Assembly: GCF_006345805.1 (NCBI RefSeq)
Contig: NW_021831985.1
Coordinates: 1-64,000, forward strand
Length of the DNA: 64,000 nucleotides
Origin: Octopus sinensis
Taxonomy: Eukaryota
Reading direction: 5' to 3'
The first letter of the stretch is position 1. Each line of letters opens with the position of its first letter. A program made the translations under genes and the position numbers. Positions 24,425 through 38,052 of the stretch are shown piece by piece. Under the pieces are notes generated by a model. It was not told the origin of the DNA. It made no database searches and worked only from the letters and a program-made list of their open reading frames with translations.

Positions 24425-25419
24425 TTGCACATCACGTATGCATGAATACTTAAAACACCTTACATTTATTTACCAAAGAAGAAAAAGGGTAGCTCAACCT
24501 TTCTGCGGAATCATGTTTGTGTGTGACCGTGTTGTTTGTGTGACTATATGTTTGTGCACATGGTTATGCTAGTGATTGTGTGTCCCCGTAACTTAGAGAT
24601 TTGGCAAAAGAGACCGATAGAATAAGTACCAGGCTTTAAAAATAATAGCAGGGTCGATCTATTCGACTAAAACTTTCTTCAAGTGCCTCGGCATAGCCGT
24701 GGTCTCACTGAAACACAAGATATAAAATTGCACACGCGCACGCACGCACAAACACACACACACGTTTCTATATACCTATTTCTTTATTACCCACAAGGGG
24801 CTAAACATAGAGCGGACAAACAAGGACAGACATAGGTATTAAGTCGATTACATCGAACCCAGTGCGTAACTGGTACTTAATTTATCGACCCCGAAAGGAT
24901 GAAAGGCAAAGTCGACCTCGGCGGAATTTTAACTCACAACGTAACGGCAGACGAAATACCGCTAAGCATTTCGCCCGGCGTGCTAACGGTTCTGCCAGCT
25001 CGCCGCCTTAGATGTTTCTGTATACCATAATTCTGCAAAAGCATTCCATGAATCACAAAAGATTTCGTCACTGCAATTTTACATTAAAAATACACTAGCT
25101 TTTCTCCCTTAAACAATTCCTTGTGCCTTTCTTGTCCCTGGAACCCTAAAGTCCAAATATTAACGAAAAAGAAACTATTCACATAGGTAGTATGTTCGAT
25201 GAGAATACTTTACTTACTTGTTTCAGTCATTTGACTGTGTCCATGCTGGAGCACTGCCTTTTAGTCGAGCAAATTGACCCCAGCTCTTATTCTTTGTAAG
25301 CCTAGTACTTATTCTATCGGTCTCTTTTGCCGGACCGCTAGGTTACGGGAAAATATACACAACACCATCGATTGTCAAGCGATGTTGGGGGACAAACACA
25401 GACACACAAACATACACAC

Positions 25420-25494
<75 letters not shown>

Positions 25495-25523
25495 TCAAAG
25501 GACGTACTAGGCCTTCGTAAATT

Positions 25524-25573
<50 letters not shown>

Positions 25574-25813
25574 CATATATATACTACAGGCTTCTTTCAG
25601 ATTCCGTCTACCAAATCCACTCACAAGGCTTTGGTCGGCCAGAGAATATAGTAGAAGACACTTGCTCAAGGTGTCACGCAGATGGAATGAACACAGAACC
25701 ATGAGGTTCGTAAGCAAGCTACTTACCACACAGCTACTCCTACAGTTTTGTAACTCTTATTAGCAAATGAAACATATGAAATGGTGAATAATACCAAAAG
25801 TTTTTCTGATTTC

Positions 25814-25853
<40 letters not shown>

Positions 25854-26029
25854 GGTGAGAGAAAGGCAACTGGCCATAAAAACCATGCCAACGCAGACAC
25901 AGGAACTCAACTCAGCCCTAATGTCCAACACATGACAGCATTGAAAACGGACAATAAACGATGATGATATGTATACATTATACGTATACATTATATGTAT
26001 ACATGTGTGTGTGCATGTGTGTGTGTACT

Positions 26030-26061
<32 letters not shown>

Positions 26062-26205
26062 CTCTACGCCCATCTCTAACCATCTCTCAACACACTTTTA
26101 TGAAACTTCCCTTTCTATCCCTGCTGCCCAATCACCAATCCCTGTATCACTACACCCAAATTCCCACCCCACTGTACCATGACATATGCTCTGACATATT
26201 TCTCC

Positions 26206-26237
<32 letters not shown>

Positions 26238-26574
26238 CTATCTTTTTCTCCTTTCTTTCTCAACTGGGGTCCATGTAACTCCTCTACAGCAAGATACCTA
26301 TTTTTATCCCTCTATAATTCTTTAACCTGTCATCAACTGGCATGAAGCCACCTCCCTCAATATTACTCTCCCATCATAGTTGAGGAATCCTTGCCTTGCA
26401 ACCTACTCAGTGACCCCACTGGTGCTGGTGCCACGCAAAAAGCACTCAGAACTCTCTGTAAACCGGTTGACATTAGGAAGGGCATCCAGCCATAGAAATC
26501 ATGCCAAAGTAGGAGCTCAAAGCAGTTCTCCGGTTTACCAGTTCCTGTCACTGTCCAACCCATGATATATAGAT

Positions 26575-26613
<39 letters not shown>

Positions 26614-28114
26614 CATCAGAACATATGTCATGGTACCTGATTGGACTGGGTGAGTGGGTAGCAGGGATAGAAAGGGAAGATGTTAAATGACGATAATGCT
26701 AATATTGTGAACATCAAGCTAAGTGAAAATGTGGCCATCCATGCATACAGGCATGACTTCTAAGTCCATCTCTCAGTCAAGAGAGTCTAGTCATGTAGGC
26801 TCATGGGTGCTGGTGCCACATAAATGTAACCATGCCAGCGCTACATAAAAGCACCATGTTGATGCCACATAAAAGCACTTGTGCTGGTGACACAAAGAAA
26901 TAATGGCGCCAATGTCGTGTAAAAGCACCCATGCCAGTTCTACATAAAAGCATCCATCCTGGAGTCACATAAAAGCACCTAATACACTCCGTAAAGTGGT
27001 TGGCACTAAGAAGGGCATCCAGCCATAGGAACTATGCCATAGCAGACAAATAGAGCCCATGCAGCCCTCAAGCTGGCTAGCTCATTCTTTATTGCCCACA
27101 AGGGGCTAAACACAGAAGGGACAAACAAGGACAGACAAAAGGATTAAGTCGATTATATCAACCCCAATGTGTAACTGGTACTTAATTTATCGACTCCAAA
27201 AGGATGAAAGGCAAAGTCAACCTTGGCAGAATTTAAATTCAGAACGTAACAGCAGACGAAATACCTATTTCTTTACTGCCCAAAAGGGGCTAAACACAGA
27301 GAGGATAAACAAGGACAGGCAAAGGGATTAAGTCGATTACATCGACCCCAGTGCATAACTGGTACTTAATTTATTGACCCCGAAAGGATGAAAGGCAAAG
27401 TCGACCTCGGTGGAATTTGAACTTAGAACATAACGGCAGACAAAATACCACTAAGCATTTCATCCAGCGTGCTAACATTTCTGCCAGCTCACCAACTGGC
27501 TAGCTCCTGTCAAATCGTTCAATGCATGCCAGCATGGAGAACAGATATTAAATAATGATGATGATGATGATGATGATGTGTTTATATACATACACACACA
27601 CACACACACACACATACATATATATTTACATATGTTGGTGTTGACAATATGTAATTTATAGATTGTATAGAATATAGTTTCATCCCTCAATGTAACGATT
27701 TCTACAGCTGCGGTTAATAATTAGCAGTTTCTTTCTGTTACTACGCTTCCCCAGTTTCCAAGAGGTCCTGCAAAAATGTCACTTCCATTTTGACTAAGCT
27801 ATACAAAGTAACACATATCAAAACAAATAAAAATTAAATATACAAAGCTTCAGCAAAAAAAAAAGAAAAATATATATAAAAAAAATAATGGTAGAAAACA
27901 TTTTATTTTGAATTGGAAAACAAATAAATAAAGATAATAATAATGATAATAATAAATCATCTTATATCAATTATTTCTTTTTATTTTTTCATTCTAATTT
28001 GGATGTAGTTTCAATTTTACATAAAAATGAAAAAAAAAATGAGAGAAAAAAAGTAAATATATTTTACAGTGTTTCAAAAAAAGTCATGAAGTCATTCACG
28101 TATAGATAAATATA

Positions 28115-28161
<47 letters not shown>

Positions 28162-28217
28162 CACATACATGCTCATACATGTATATACATATATATAAAT
28201 ATGTATATATTCATACA

Positions 28218-28259
<42 letters not shown>

Positions 28260-29065
28260 TTCAGACAAACAGACAGACACAGATATACATACATACACAT
28301 ATATATATATATATATTGCCTATTTTATTCACCAGGTAATTAGAAATCAAAAGGCAAGTTTTAGAATTTTTTAAAATGATAATAATATTAATAAGAATAT
28401 TAATAATAATGACACTCTGGTTTCTTTCACTACTACTTTGTATACACTTCTTCGTATTCTTCTTCTTCTCAGCCATCCATCCATCCATATTCTAGACATG
28501 TGGAATTCAAAAAGTCTCAGAATGCAACTCTACCAAGGCAACCTATTCCACAAATGTCCTTTGTTTTGTTGTATTTCATTTTATAGTTTGCTTTTTTTTT
28601 TGGCAAAAGAAAGTTTCACCTTTTCAAAAAAAAAAAAAAAAGCTATCTTGATATATGTACATACATAAAACATAATTTTATACATTTATATACACATACA
28701 ATACATATATATGTGTGTGTGTGTGTGTGTAGATATATATAGTATAATATATATATGATATATATGTGTGTGTCTAGATATATATAATATATATAGGGTA
28801 TATATAATATATGACATATATAATATATATAAAATATGTGTTATATATTTATACAAATTAATATATAATATACACATAATACATATATATATATATATAC
28901 AAATGTACAAATTATATATATATATATATATATATGCATGTATAAAAAATATACATATATACAATATATAATGTATATATATAACATAAAATTTATATAT
29001 ATATATGTATAGATAATATATATAATATATATATATTTATATATATATATTATATTATATTATCT

Positions 29066-29110
<45 letters not shown>

Positions 29111-29711
29111 TATTCTGATTTTTTTTTTTCTTTTTCCATTTTGCAAGAATTCATTTCAAGAAACCTATAAAGTAACATACAGAGAGAGATTTTTGTTATT
29201 TTTTTTTATTTATTCATGAGAAACAAAATGGAAGGAAGGAAAGAACAAAGGAAGGAAAGAAGGAACAAATTTGAAGAGACAGAGAGAGAGAGAGAGTGAG
29301 AGTAAATGCAATGATGAGGTGTGTAAAAAAAAAAAAAAAGAGATGAGAAGTGGGAGGGTGGGTGGCTGGGTGACGGTGGGGGTTCATGCGAAGGTAGTTA
29401 GTTCAAGCTGAAGGTGCAAGAACCAAATCCAAGCCTTCTCATTAAGGTGATGTGGTAGGCTGGAGACATGGCACTGTGTGTTAAGATGGATTGGTTGGTT
29501 GAGAGCAGAGTTGTTTTGTTTTTGTTTTTTTTTTTCATTTATGAGAGTTCACAAAAATCAAAGAGGCTTGCAACAACTAACTACTCTTCCTCCGCACCCC
29601 ACCTCAAAAAATATCTCTAGAACCAACCACCACCATTGCCAGAAACACAGGCTCCATTTCACAAACCACCATTGAAGATTGAAGTAATGAGTCTCCTACA
29701 ACACAGAAAAC

Positions 29712-29755
<44 letters not shown>

Positions 29756-30117
29756 GATATATATATATATATATATATATATAATGGTATGTGTTTCTGT
29801 GTATGTCAGTATATGTATTTGTGTATATATATATATATATATATAAAAATGTATATGTATATATACACATATATGTACGCACACATATATATACACACAT
29901 ACATACATACATTCACACATATACACATATATACACTCATGTGGTGTGTGTGTGTATATATATATATAGGTATATATGTCCATGAGTATGTGTAGATATA
30001 TATATATTATATATACATGTATGTATATACATATACACACATATATATACACATATATATATTACATATATGTATAACATATATATATACACACACACAT
30101 ATTAGGTTGATTGATAG

Positions 30118-30166
<49 letters not shown>

Positions 30167-30764
30167 ATGATAGATAGCTGGATACATAGAGAGGTATACA
30201 TATGTATAAATACAAACACACAAATACATATACATAAATTTATATATACAGATATATACATGCACACACATACACACATATTTGTGTATATACATGCACA
30301 CACCAACATACATCACAAACCAACAGTCCATTTGTTTTGGGGGTTAGTTTGTGTGTTTTTATATTTTTATTAATGAGGTATTTTTCAATGGATTTTGTTA
30401 TTTTTTGGCAAAATATGGACATAAAATGAAATGGAGGACTAACACATACCTACCCCAATGCACACACACACACACACACACAGACATTAGTGGTTTCAGT
30501 TTTTGGCACAAGGCCAGCGGTTTGAGAGGAAAGATAAGTCGGTTACATTGACCACAGGATTCAACTGGTACTAATTTTATTGACTCCCCCCCCCAAAAAA
30601 AAGGATTAAAGGCATGGTCAACCTCGGTAGGATTTGAACTCAGAACGTAAAGATCTGGAAGAAATACCACTAAGCATTTTTCCCAGTGCCCTACTGATTC
30701 TGCCAGCACAGCACGTAATATTAATATGTGTGTGTGTGTGTGTGTGTGTAATTAATTGACAAGG

Positions 30765-31087
30765 TGAGGGCGCGTGGCTTAGTGGTTAGGGCATTCGGCT
30801 CATGATCGTAAGGTTGTGAGTTCGATTCCCGGCGACGCGTTGTGTCCTTGAGCAAGACACTTTATTTCACGTTGCTCCAGTCCAATCAGCTGGCAAAAAT
30901 GAGTTGTACTTGTATTTTCAAAGGGTCAGCCTTGTCACTCTCTGTGTCACGCTGATTATCCCCGAGAACTACGTTAAGGGTACACGTGTCTGTGGAATGC
31001 TCAGCCATTTGCACGTTAATTTCACGAGCAAGCTGTTCCGTTGATCGTATCAGCTGGGACCCTCGTCGTCGTACACCGACGGAGTCT
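30765..31087 (+). mobile_element. tRNA-derived SINE family D
   Basis: A box TGGCTTAGTGG, B box GAGTTCGATTCC, then GTGTCCTTGAGCAAGACACTT. An element sharing the head but with a different tail lies at 39235-39545 (-). Confidence 0.8.
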
Positions 31088-32608
31088 TTAAAATTGACAA
31101 GGTGCAGTGTCGCTCAAAGACCAAGAGTTTTCTTTTTAAGTGGTTCCAGTCTCTGGGCTGCAGCCATGCTGGAGCATTGCTTTGAAGGCTTTAGTCACAT
31201 GAATCAAGCTCACTCTTTTTTTATTTTTTTTTAAGCTTGGTACTTATTTTATCAGTCCTTTTGCTAAACCTTTGAATTACAGGAACGTAAACAAACCAAC
31301 ACCAGTAGTCAAATGGTGATGGGAGTCAAACACATACACAAAGAAATACATACATATAATACATACATACATACATGTACCACACAGTGGGACTGAACCC
31401 AGAACCCTGTGACTAGGAAGTAAGTTTCTTACCACACAGCCTCATCAAACTTTTGATAAGTACCAATGCAGGAAAATCTTGGCCTTTGAGTCACTCAGCA
31501 ACTTCCTCTTAATAATAATAATAACAATAATAATAATATATGTATGTGTGTGTGTGTGTGTGTGTGTCATCATCATCATCATCGTCGTTTAACATCCGCT
31601 TTACATGCTAGCATGGGTTGGACAATTTGACTGAGGTCTGGCAAACCAGATGGTTGCACCAGGTTCACCAGACCTCAGTCAAATCGTCCAACCCATGCTA
31701 GTATGGAAAGCAGACGTTACACACACACACTCTCAGGTTTTGAGTTCTATTTTCATGCTTGCATCACCAAACTTACATACATATAAAAGCACTACACATG
31801 GATACGCAAGTATAAAGAGATACACACACACACACACATACGCACACACAGTTGCACAATGTAAAGGAAGGAGAAAGAAAGAGAGTAAGGAAGAGAGAGA
31901 GAGAGAGAGCTTACAAAAAAAAACACATATGACAAAAAATATTTGGTATAATGCGGAGAGAGAGAGAAGTGGGGGAGGAGTTTGTCAGTTGAAATTTATG
32001 TTATTTTCATCTATTTAAAAAAATTTTTCAGAATACTTTGGCAATGAATAGATGAGAATATGGTAATTATTTTTTGTACATAGAGCAGTGATGGTGAGTA
32101 AAGGAGTGTGGGTGGAATGAAAAGAGAGTTCTTTGAGAACTAACGATGCCGTTCACTCACAATGTTTACATCACCATTTAGGAAATTTTTTTTATATCTT
32201 GTTTTGATTTTGATTTTTTTTTTATATTCGGCAGGAAAAAAAAATTTACTCACCCTATCCACCTCCACTTCACTCTGACTTTCACCCATAAACTAACTTT
32301 GCAATTAAAGAAATTTAAATTTATTGAAATCCTTGGATGGAATTAACAGACGGTAGAAGATAAGATTACCATGTTGTATGGCAACAGTGAATCCAAAGAT
32401 ACAGTTTTTCAAAGGGAATGTTACACGGCTTAATAATTTTGGCAATTTCAGGGGATGGAGGTGGTAGGGGGGCAGCAAGCTGATTAGATCAATCCCCGTG
32501 CTTAACTGGTAACTTATTTTACCGACCCTGAAAGGATGAAAAGCAAAGTCAGCCCTGATAGCATTTAAACTCATTGATTCTGCCAGCTGGCCACTTCCAA
32601 AGGCTTAA

Positions 32609-32829
32609 CCCTTTCGTTACCGCATTTCTGTTAAGATGCTCTGTATTTCTTTCCGTTATTTAAAATATAACAAAGAATCTAGAAAAATAACTTAGTTATC
32701 ATTAAGTTAGTGTCAGGAACATAAATTGTGACTAAGGTTTGGTGGAAGATTTTAATTCAAAACTCATGAAAACAAGACATTTGTACTCAGAAGCCAGAGC
32801 TGTTTTCAGCCGGGTTGGTAACGAAAGGG
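32609..32829. mobile_element. piggyBac-family MITE
   Basis: TTAA target duplication (32605-32608 and 32830-32833) with TIRs CCCTTTCGTTACC/GGTAACGAAAGGG. A second copy lies at 62333-62543 in a TIF1 intron. Confidence 0.9.
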
Positions 32830-34104
32830 TTAATAATAATAATCCTTTCTACTATAGGCACAAGGCCTGAAATTTTGGGGGAGGGGGCAAGTTGATTAAA
32901 TCAACCCCAGTGCATGAATTGTACTTATTTCATCGACCCTGAAAGGATGAAAGGCAAAGTCAACCTCAGTGGAATTTGAACTCAGAACGTAAGGACAGAT
33001 GAAATGCCACTCAACATTTTGCCTGGTGTGATAACGATTCTGCCAGCTCGCCGTCTTATTATTATTATTATTAATAATAATAATAATAATAATAATAAAC
33101 CTGTCTATTATTGGCCCAAGGGCTGAAGTATTGGCAGGGGAAGAGCTAGTTGATTACTTTGACCCAAGTTTCAACCAGTATTTATTGTTATTGACTCTAA
33201 ACGGATGAGGGGCAATACTGACCATGGTAGAATTTAAACTCAGAATGTAGAAATGGGCAAAATGCTGCAAAGCAATTTTGTCCAACAGGTTAATGATTCT
33301 ACCAGCTTGCTCCCTTAGAGATAATAATGATTTCAAATTTTTGCCAGACAGGCGGCTTAGGGGATGAGATTAAGTTGATTGCATCGACCCCAGTTCTCAA
33401 GTGGTATTTATTTTATCGACCCCCAAAAGGATGAAAGGCAAAGCTGACTGTGGCAGAATTTGAACTCAGAACGTAAAGATGGACGAAATACCACAAAGCA
33501 TTTTGCCCAGCATGCTAACAATTCTGCCAACTCACTGCCTTAATAATAATAATAATCCTTTCTGTTATAGGCAAAAGGCTTGAAATTTGGGGTGCAAGTC
33601 AATTACATCGTCCCCTGTTCTCAACTGGTGCTTATTTTATTGACCCCGGAAGGATGAAGGGCAAAGTCCACCTCAGCGGGAATAATAATAATAATAATAA
33701 TAATAATTCTTTCTGTTATAGGCACAAGGCCTGAAATTTGGAAGGAGAGGACTAGTCAATCACATTGACCACAGTGCATGACTGGTACTTATTTTATTGA
33801 ACCCAAAGGGATGAAAGCAAAGTCGACTTCAGCAGAACTTGAACTCAGAATAAAAAAAACCCAGCTCACCACCTTAATAATATTAATAATAATTCTTTTT
33901 ACTAAGGGCACAACGACTGAAATTTAAGGGACAAGGATAGTCGGTAACATGAACCCCAGCATTTCACTGGTGCTTACTTTATCGGCCCTAAAAGGATTAA
34001 AGGCAAAGTCAACCCCAACAGAATTTGAACTCAGAACATAAAGATGGACAAATGCTATTAAGCAATTATGCCCACTGTACAAACAATTCTGCCGGCTTGC
34101 AGCC

Positions 34105-34138
<34 letters not shown>

Positions 34139-34408
34139 AGGGTGCAGCAAAACAACAAAATAACTTCCCACATATTATAGATTGACAAAATGCATTGATA
34201 GCAAACATAGTGAGCACTGGTTCAAATCATGGTGGTAACTTTAAAAAAAAAGGGAGAGAAAAAAAAAGGGAAGACACCATTACCACCTGCCAAACCTAAG
34301 TAGCACCACACCACACCAATGGCCATGTGAATTATGGGAGGTTTTTCTGCCACATAGTGTAGTAATACCTGTATTTTGTACATTTGCATGAAGATCCTTG
34401 TGTGTATA

Positions 34409-34447
<39 letters not shown>

Positions 34448-35147
34448 GTATGTGTGTATGTGTGTGTGAGACTGACATGTAACTTTATCAAAGCCCATGC
34501 CCAAGGGGCAGGGAGTGAATAAAGCAAAGTTGTACCTCTTGTAGCTGGATTTGAACTTGGAATGTAGTGATAATGAAACTAAATACTGCAAAGCATTTGT
34601 AGCTTGTTACTCTACCACTTCTGCCACTGCAAAATTTTGGAGAAAAAAGAAACAGATATTGATAAAACTCACACACACGCACACACACACACCCTTCTCA
34701 CCACCACCCCTAAGTCCTCTCCCTCAATACTCCACCCACCTCTATATTTTACAAATATATTATTTAACTTCAACAGGACTGAAATTTAAAATGTGGAAAC
34801 AATTTAATTATATACAACGCATTTTGTCTAGCGCTCTGTCTATACTGCCATCAACTACCCTCATAAAAATGGTTTCAAATTCAGACACAAAAAACATATA
34901 CACACACACACATATATATACATATATATATATATATGTATGTATATAGGTATATACATATATATATATATACATATATATGATGAGCTTCTTTCAGGTT
35001 CTGTCTACCAAATCCACTCACAAGGCTTTGGTTGGCCCAAGGCTATAGTGGAAGACACTTGCCCAAGGTGTCACGCAGTGGGGCTGAACCCGGAACCATG
35101 TGGTTCGTAAGCAAGCTACTTACCACACAGCCACTCCTAGCCTATAG

Positions 35148-35513
35148 CAGGGGTTCCCAACTTTATTTTGCTTGTGGACCCCCTGAGAACCATCATATCA
35201 TCTGTGGACCCCATATAAACACATGTACATTTTTGAAATAAAATATATTAGTTTGTCAGTAAAAACTAACAATGAAACAAATTCCTTATATTCATGACAT
35301 AAATTCCAAATACAAATCTTGAAAATTTCAATAATTACAGATATACATGGTGCCCCAGCATGGCCACAGCTCAAGAGCTGAAACTGGAAAACATAAACAA
35401 ACATAAATAATACAATGGACCCACAAATTACAATTGTTTTACTTGTGGACCCTGCTTAAAGCTTCTGTGGACTACTGGGGGGGGTCCATGTGAAACCCAC
35501 TTGGAAACACCTG
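35148..35513. mobile_element. hAT-type MITE interrupted by a SINE tail
   Basis: Ends CAGGGGTTCCCAA / TTGGAAACACCTG; 8-bp flanks GCCTATAG and AACTATAG (6/8 match); internal GTGGACCC subrepeats. Confidence 0.7.
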
Positions 35514-37935
35514 AACTATAGATACAAGGATTGAAATTTTAGAGGAACAGATTAATTGATTACATTGACCCCAGTACTTTGCCAACACTTATTTTATTGC
35601 CCCCACCCCCACCCCCACCCCAAGTGGATGAAAGGCAAAGTTGACCTCGGCAAAATATGAACTCACAATGTAAAGCTAGAAGAAGCGCTACTAAGCATAT
35701 TGCCTGGAATGCTAACGATTCTGCCAGCTTTCCGCCTTATTATTATTGATAATAATAATAATGATGATGATAATCTTTCTACTATAGGCACAAGGCCTGA
35801 AATTTGGGGGGAGGGGGGCAGACAATTAGATTGACCCTAGTACACAACTGGTACTTAATTTATCGACCCTGAAAGAATGAAAAGCAAAGTGGCCCTCTCA
35901 TCATTTTGGAGTTGATAAATTAAGGGCCAGTTGCATACTGGGATCGATTTAATTGACTGCCCCCTCCCCCCAAATTTCAGGCCTTGTGCCTCTAAAAGAA
36001 AGGATTATTATTGATGATAATAATAATAATAATAATAATAATTTCAAATTTTTGTCACAAGGGGAGCTTGGAAGAGGCAGGGATGAGTCAATTACATTGA
36101 CCCCAGTGTTCGACTAGTACTTATTTCATCGACCCCCTAAAGGATGAAAGGCAAAGTCGCTAATGATTCTGCCAGCTTGCCGCCTTAATAATAATAATAA
36201 TAATAGTAATAATAATAATAATAATGGTTTCATATTTTGGCACAAGGCTAATAATTTTGGAGGAGGGATAAGTCAATTACATCATGAACCCCAGTGCATA
36301 AATTTTGAGGAGCGGGGCAGTTGATTAGATTGACCCTAGTACGCAACTGGTACTTAATTTATTGACCCCGGAAGAATGAAAGGCAAAGACGACCTTGGTG
36401 GAATTAGAACTCAGAACGTAGCGGCAGATGAAATACCGCTAAGCATTTTTCCCAGCATGCTAACGTTTCTGCCAGCTCGCCGCCTTTGCCAAAATCCTAA
36501 GACACATTCATGAGATTAGAAGAGACTTGTTGTCATCAAACTTCAAATTTATATTCCCATGAATTAACTTAGAATGTAATAGCTTTGGAATAATAATAAT
36601 TCCTTCAAATATAAGGATGGTGAGCTGGCAGAAACATTAGCATGCCGGACTAAATGCTTAGCAGTATTTCATCTGCCGTTACGGTCTGAGTTCAAATTCC
36701 ACCGAGGTTGACTTTGCCTTGCATCCTTTCAGCATTGATAAATCAAGTACCAGTTGCGTACTGGGGTCGATATAATCGACTTAATCCCTTTGTCTGTCCT
36801 TGTTTGTCCCCTCTATGTTTAGCCCCTCGTGGGCAATAAACGAATAAGAATTGTTAGAATGCTGGGTAAAATGTTTAGTGGCATTTTGTCTGTCTTTACA
36901 TCCTATGCTCAAATTCTGCCCGGGTCGACTTTGCTTTTCGTCTTTTCAGGGTCAATAAAATAAGTAACAGTAAAACACTATGGGAGGTGGGGGTTTCGAT
37001 GTAATCAACTTACGCCCTCCCCTGAACATTCTGACCCAGGGCCAAAATCTGAAACCAACAATTCTTTCAAATATAGAGACATGGCCCGCAATTTTGAGAG
37101 CAAAGGTTTTCAGTCGGTTACATTGACCTCACTTCATAACCGATACTGTTTTGTATCAACGCTGAAAGGATGAAGGGCAAAATTGAACTTGGCAAGGTTT
37201 GAACTCAGATCACAAAAAGTCCGACAAAATTCCGCTAAGCATTTTGTCCAATGCACAAATAATTCTGTCAGTTAGACACCTTTATATAATAGTTTCAAAT
37301 TCTGTGCACAAGGCCAGCATCTTTAGGAGGGAGAGTGTTAGTTGACAACATTCACCCCAGTATTTGACTGGTATCTTATATCTTTGTTTCAGTCATTAGA
37401 CTGGACTATGGCCATGCTGGGGCACCGCCATGAAGAATTTTTAGTTGAATGAATTGATCCAGTACTTGTTTTTGGCTTGTTTTCTTTCTTTCTTTCTTTT
37501 TTTAAACCTGGTACTTGTTCTATCAGTTTCTATTGCTGAACTGCTAAGTTATGGAGAAGCAAACACACCAGCATAGGTTGTCAAGCAGTGATGAGGGAAA
37601 CACAAACACACACACATATACATTCATTATATATATATATATATATCACCGTGACCGACCAGGCTATCAGATATTGCTACACATTGCTGGTTACAATGCG
37701 CTTCACATTGTTTTAGCCTTCAAATGACGCCACCCCGCGAGCAGGCCAACAGAAGAAAGAGTGAGAGAAAGTTGTGGTGAAAGAGTACAGCAGGGATTGC
37801 CACCACCCCTGCCAGAGCCTCGTGAAGCTTTAGGTGTTTTCGCTCAATAAACACTCACAACACCCAGTCTGGGTTTTGAAACTGCGATCCTACGACCGTC
37901 AGTCCGCTGCCCTAACTACTGGGCCATTGCGCCTC

Positions 37936-37972
<37 letters not shown>

Positions 37973-38000
37973 TTATATGACTTAACTATCCTCTCACACC

Positions 38001-38052
38001 GTCTCCGATGAAGGGATATAATTAATAAATATCCTAGAAACAGCTGTAAGAC
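38001..38052 (+). ncRNA. Hammerhead-like motif with U4C core (CCGAUGA) in a PLE-type repeat
   Basis: GUCU / CCGAUGA / GGAUAU-loop-AUAUCC / GAAA / ACAGCUGU palindrome / GUA ending at 38048 / AGAC. Confidence 0.6.

Noticed and set aside
29621-29683. Possible 63-nt plus-strand exon NQPPPLPETQAPFHKPPLKIE
   Set aside because: Weak donor and pyrimidine tract, no partner exons, no recognisable homology.
30765-30830. Apparent tRNA genes (also 8590, 21980 and 39540 regions)
   Set aside because: They are SINE heads: A and B boxes are present but they run into SINE bodies without a proper acceptor stem.
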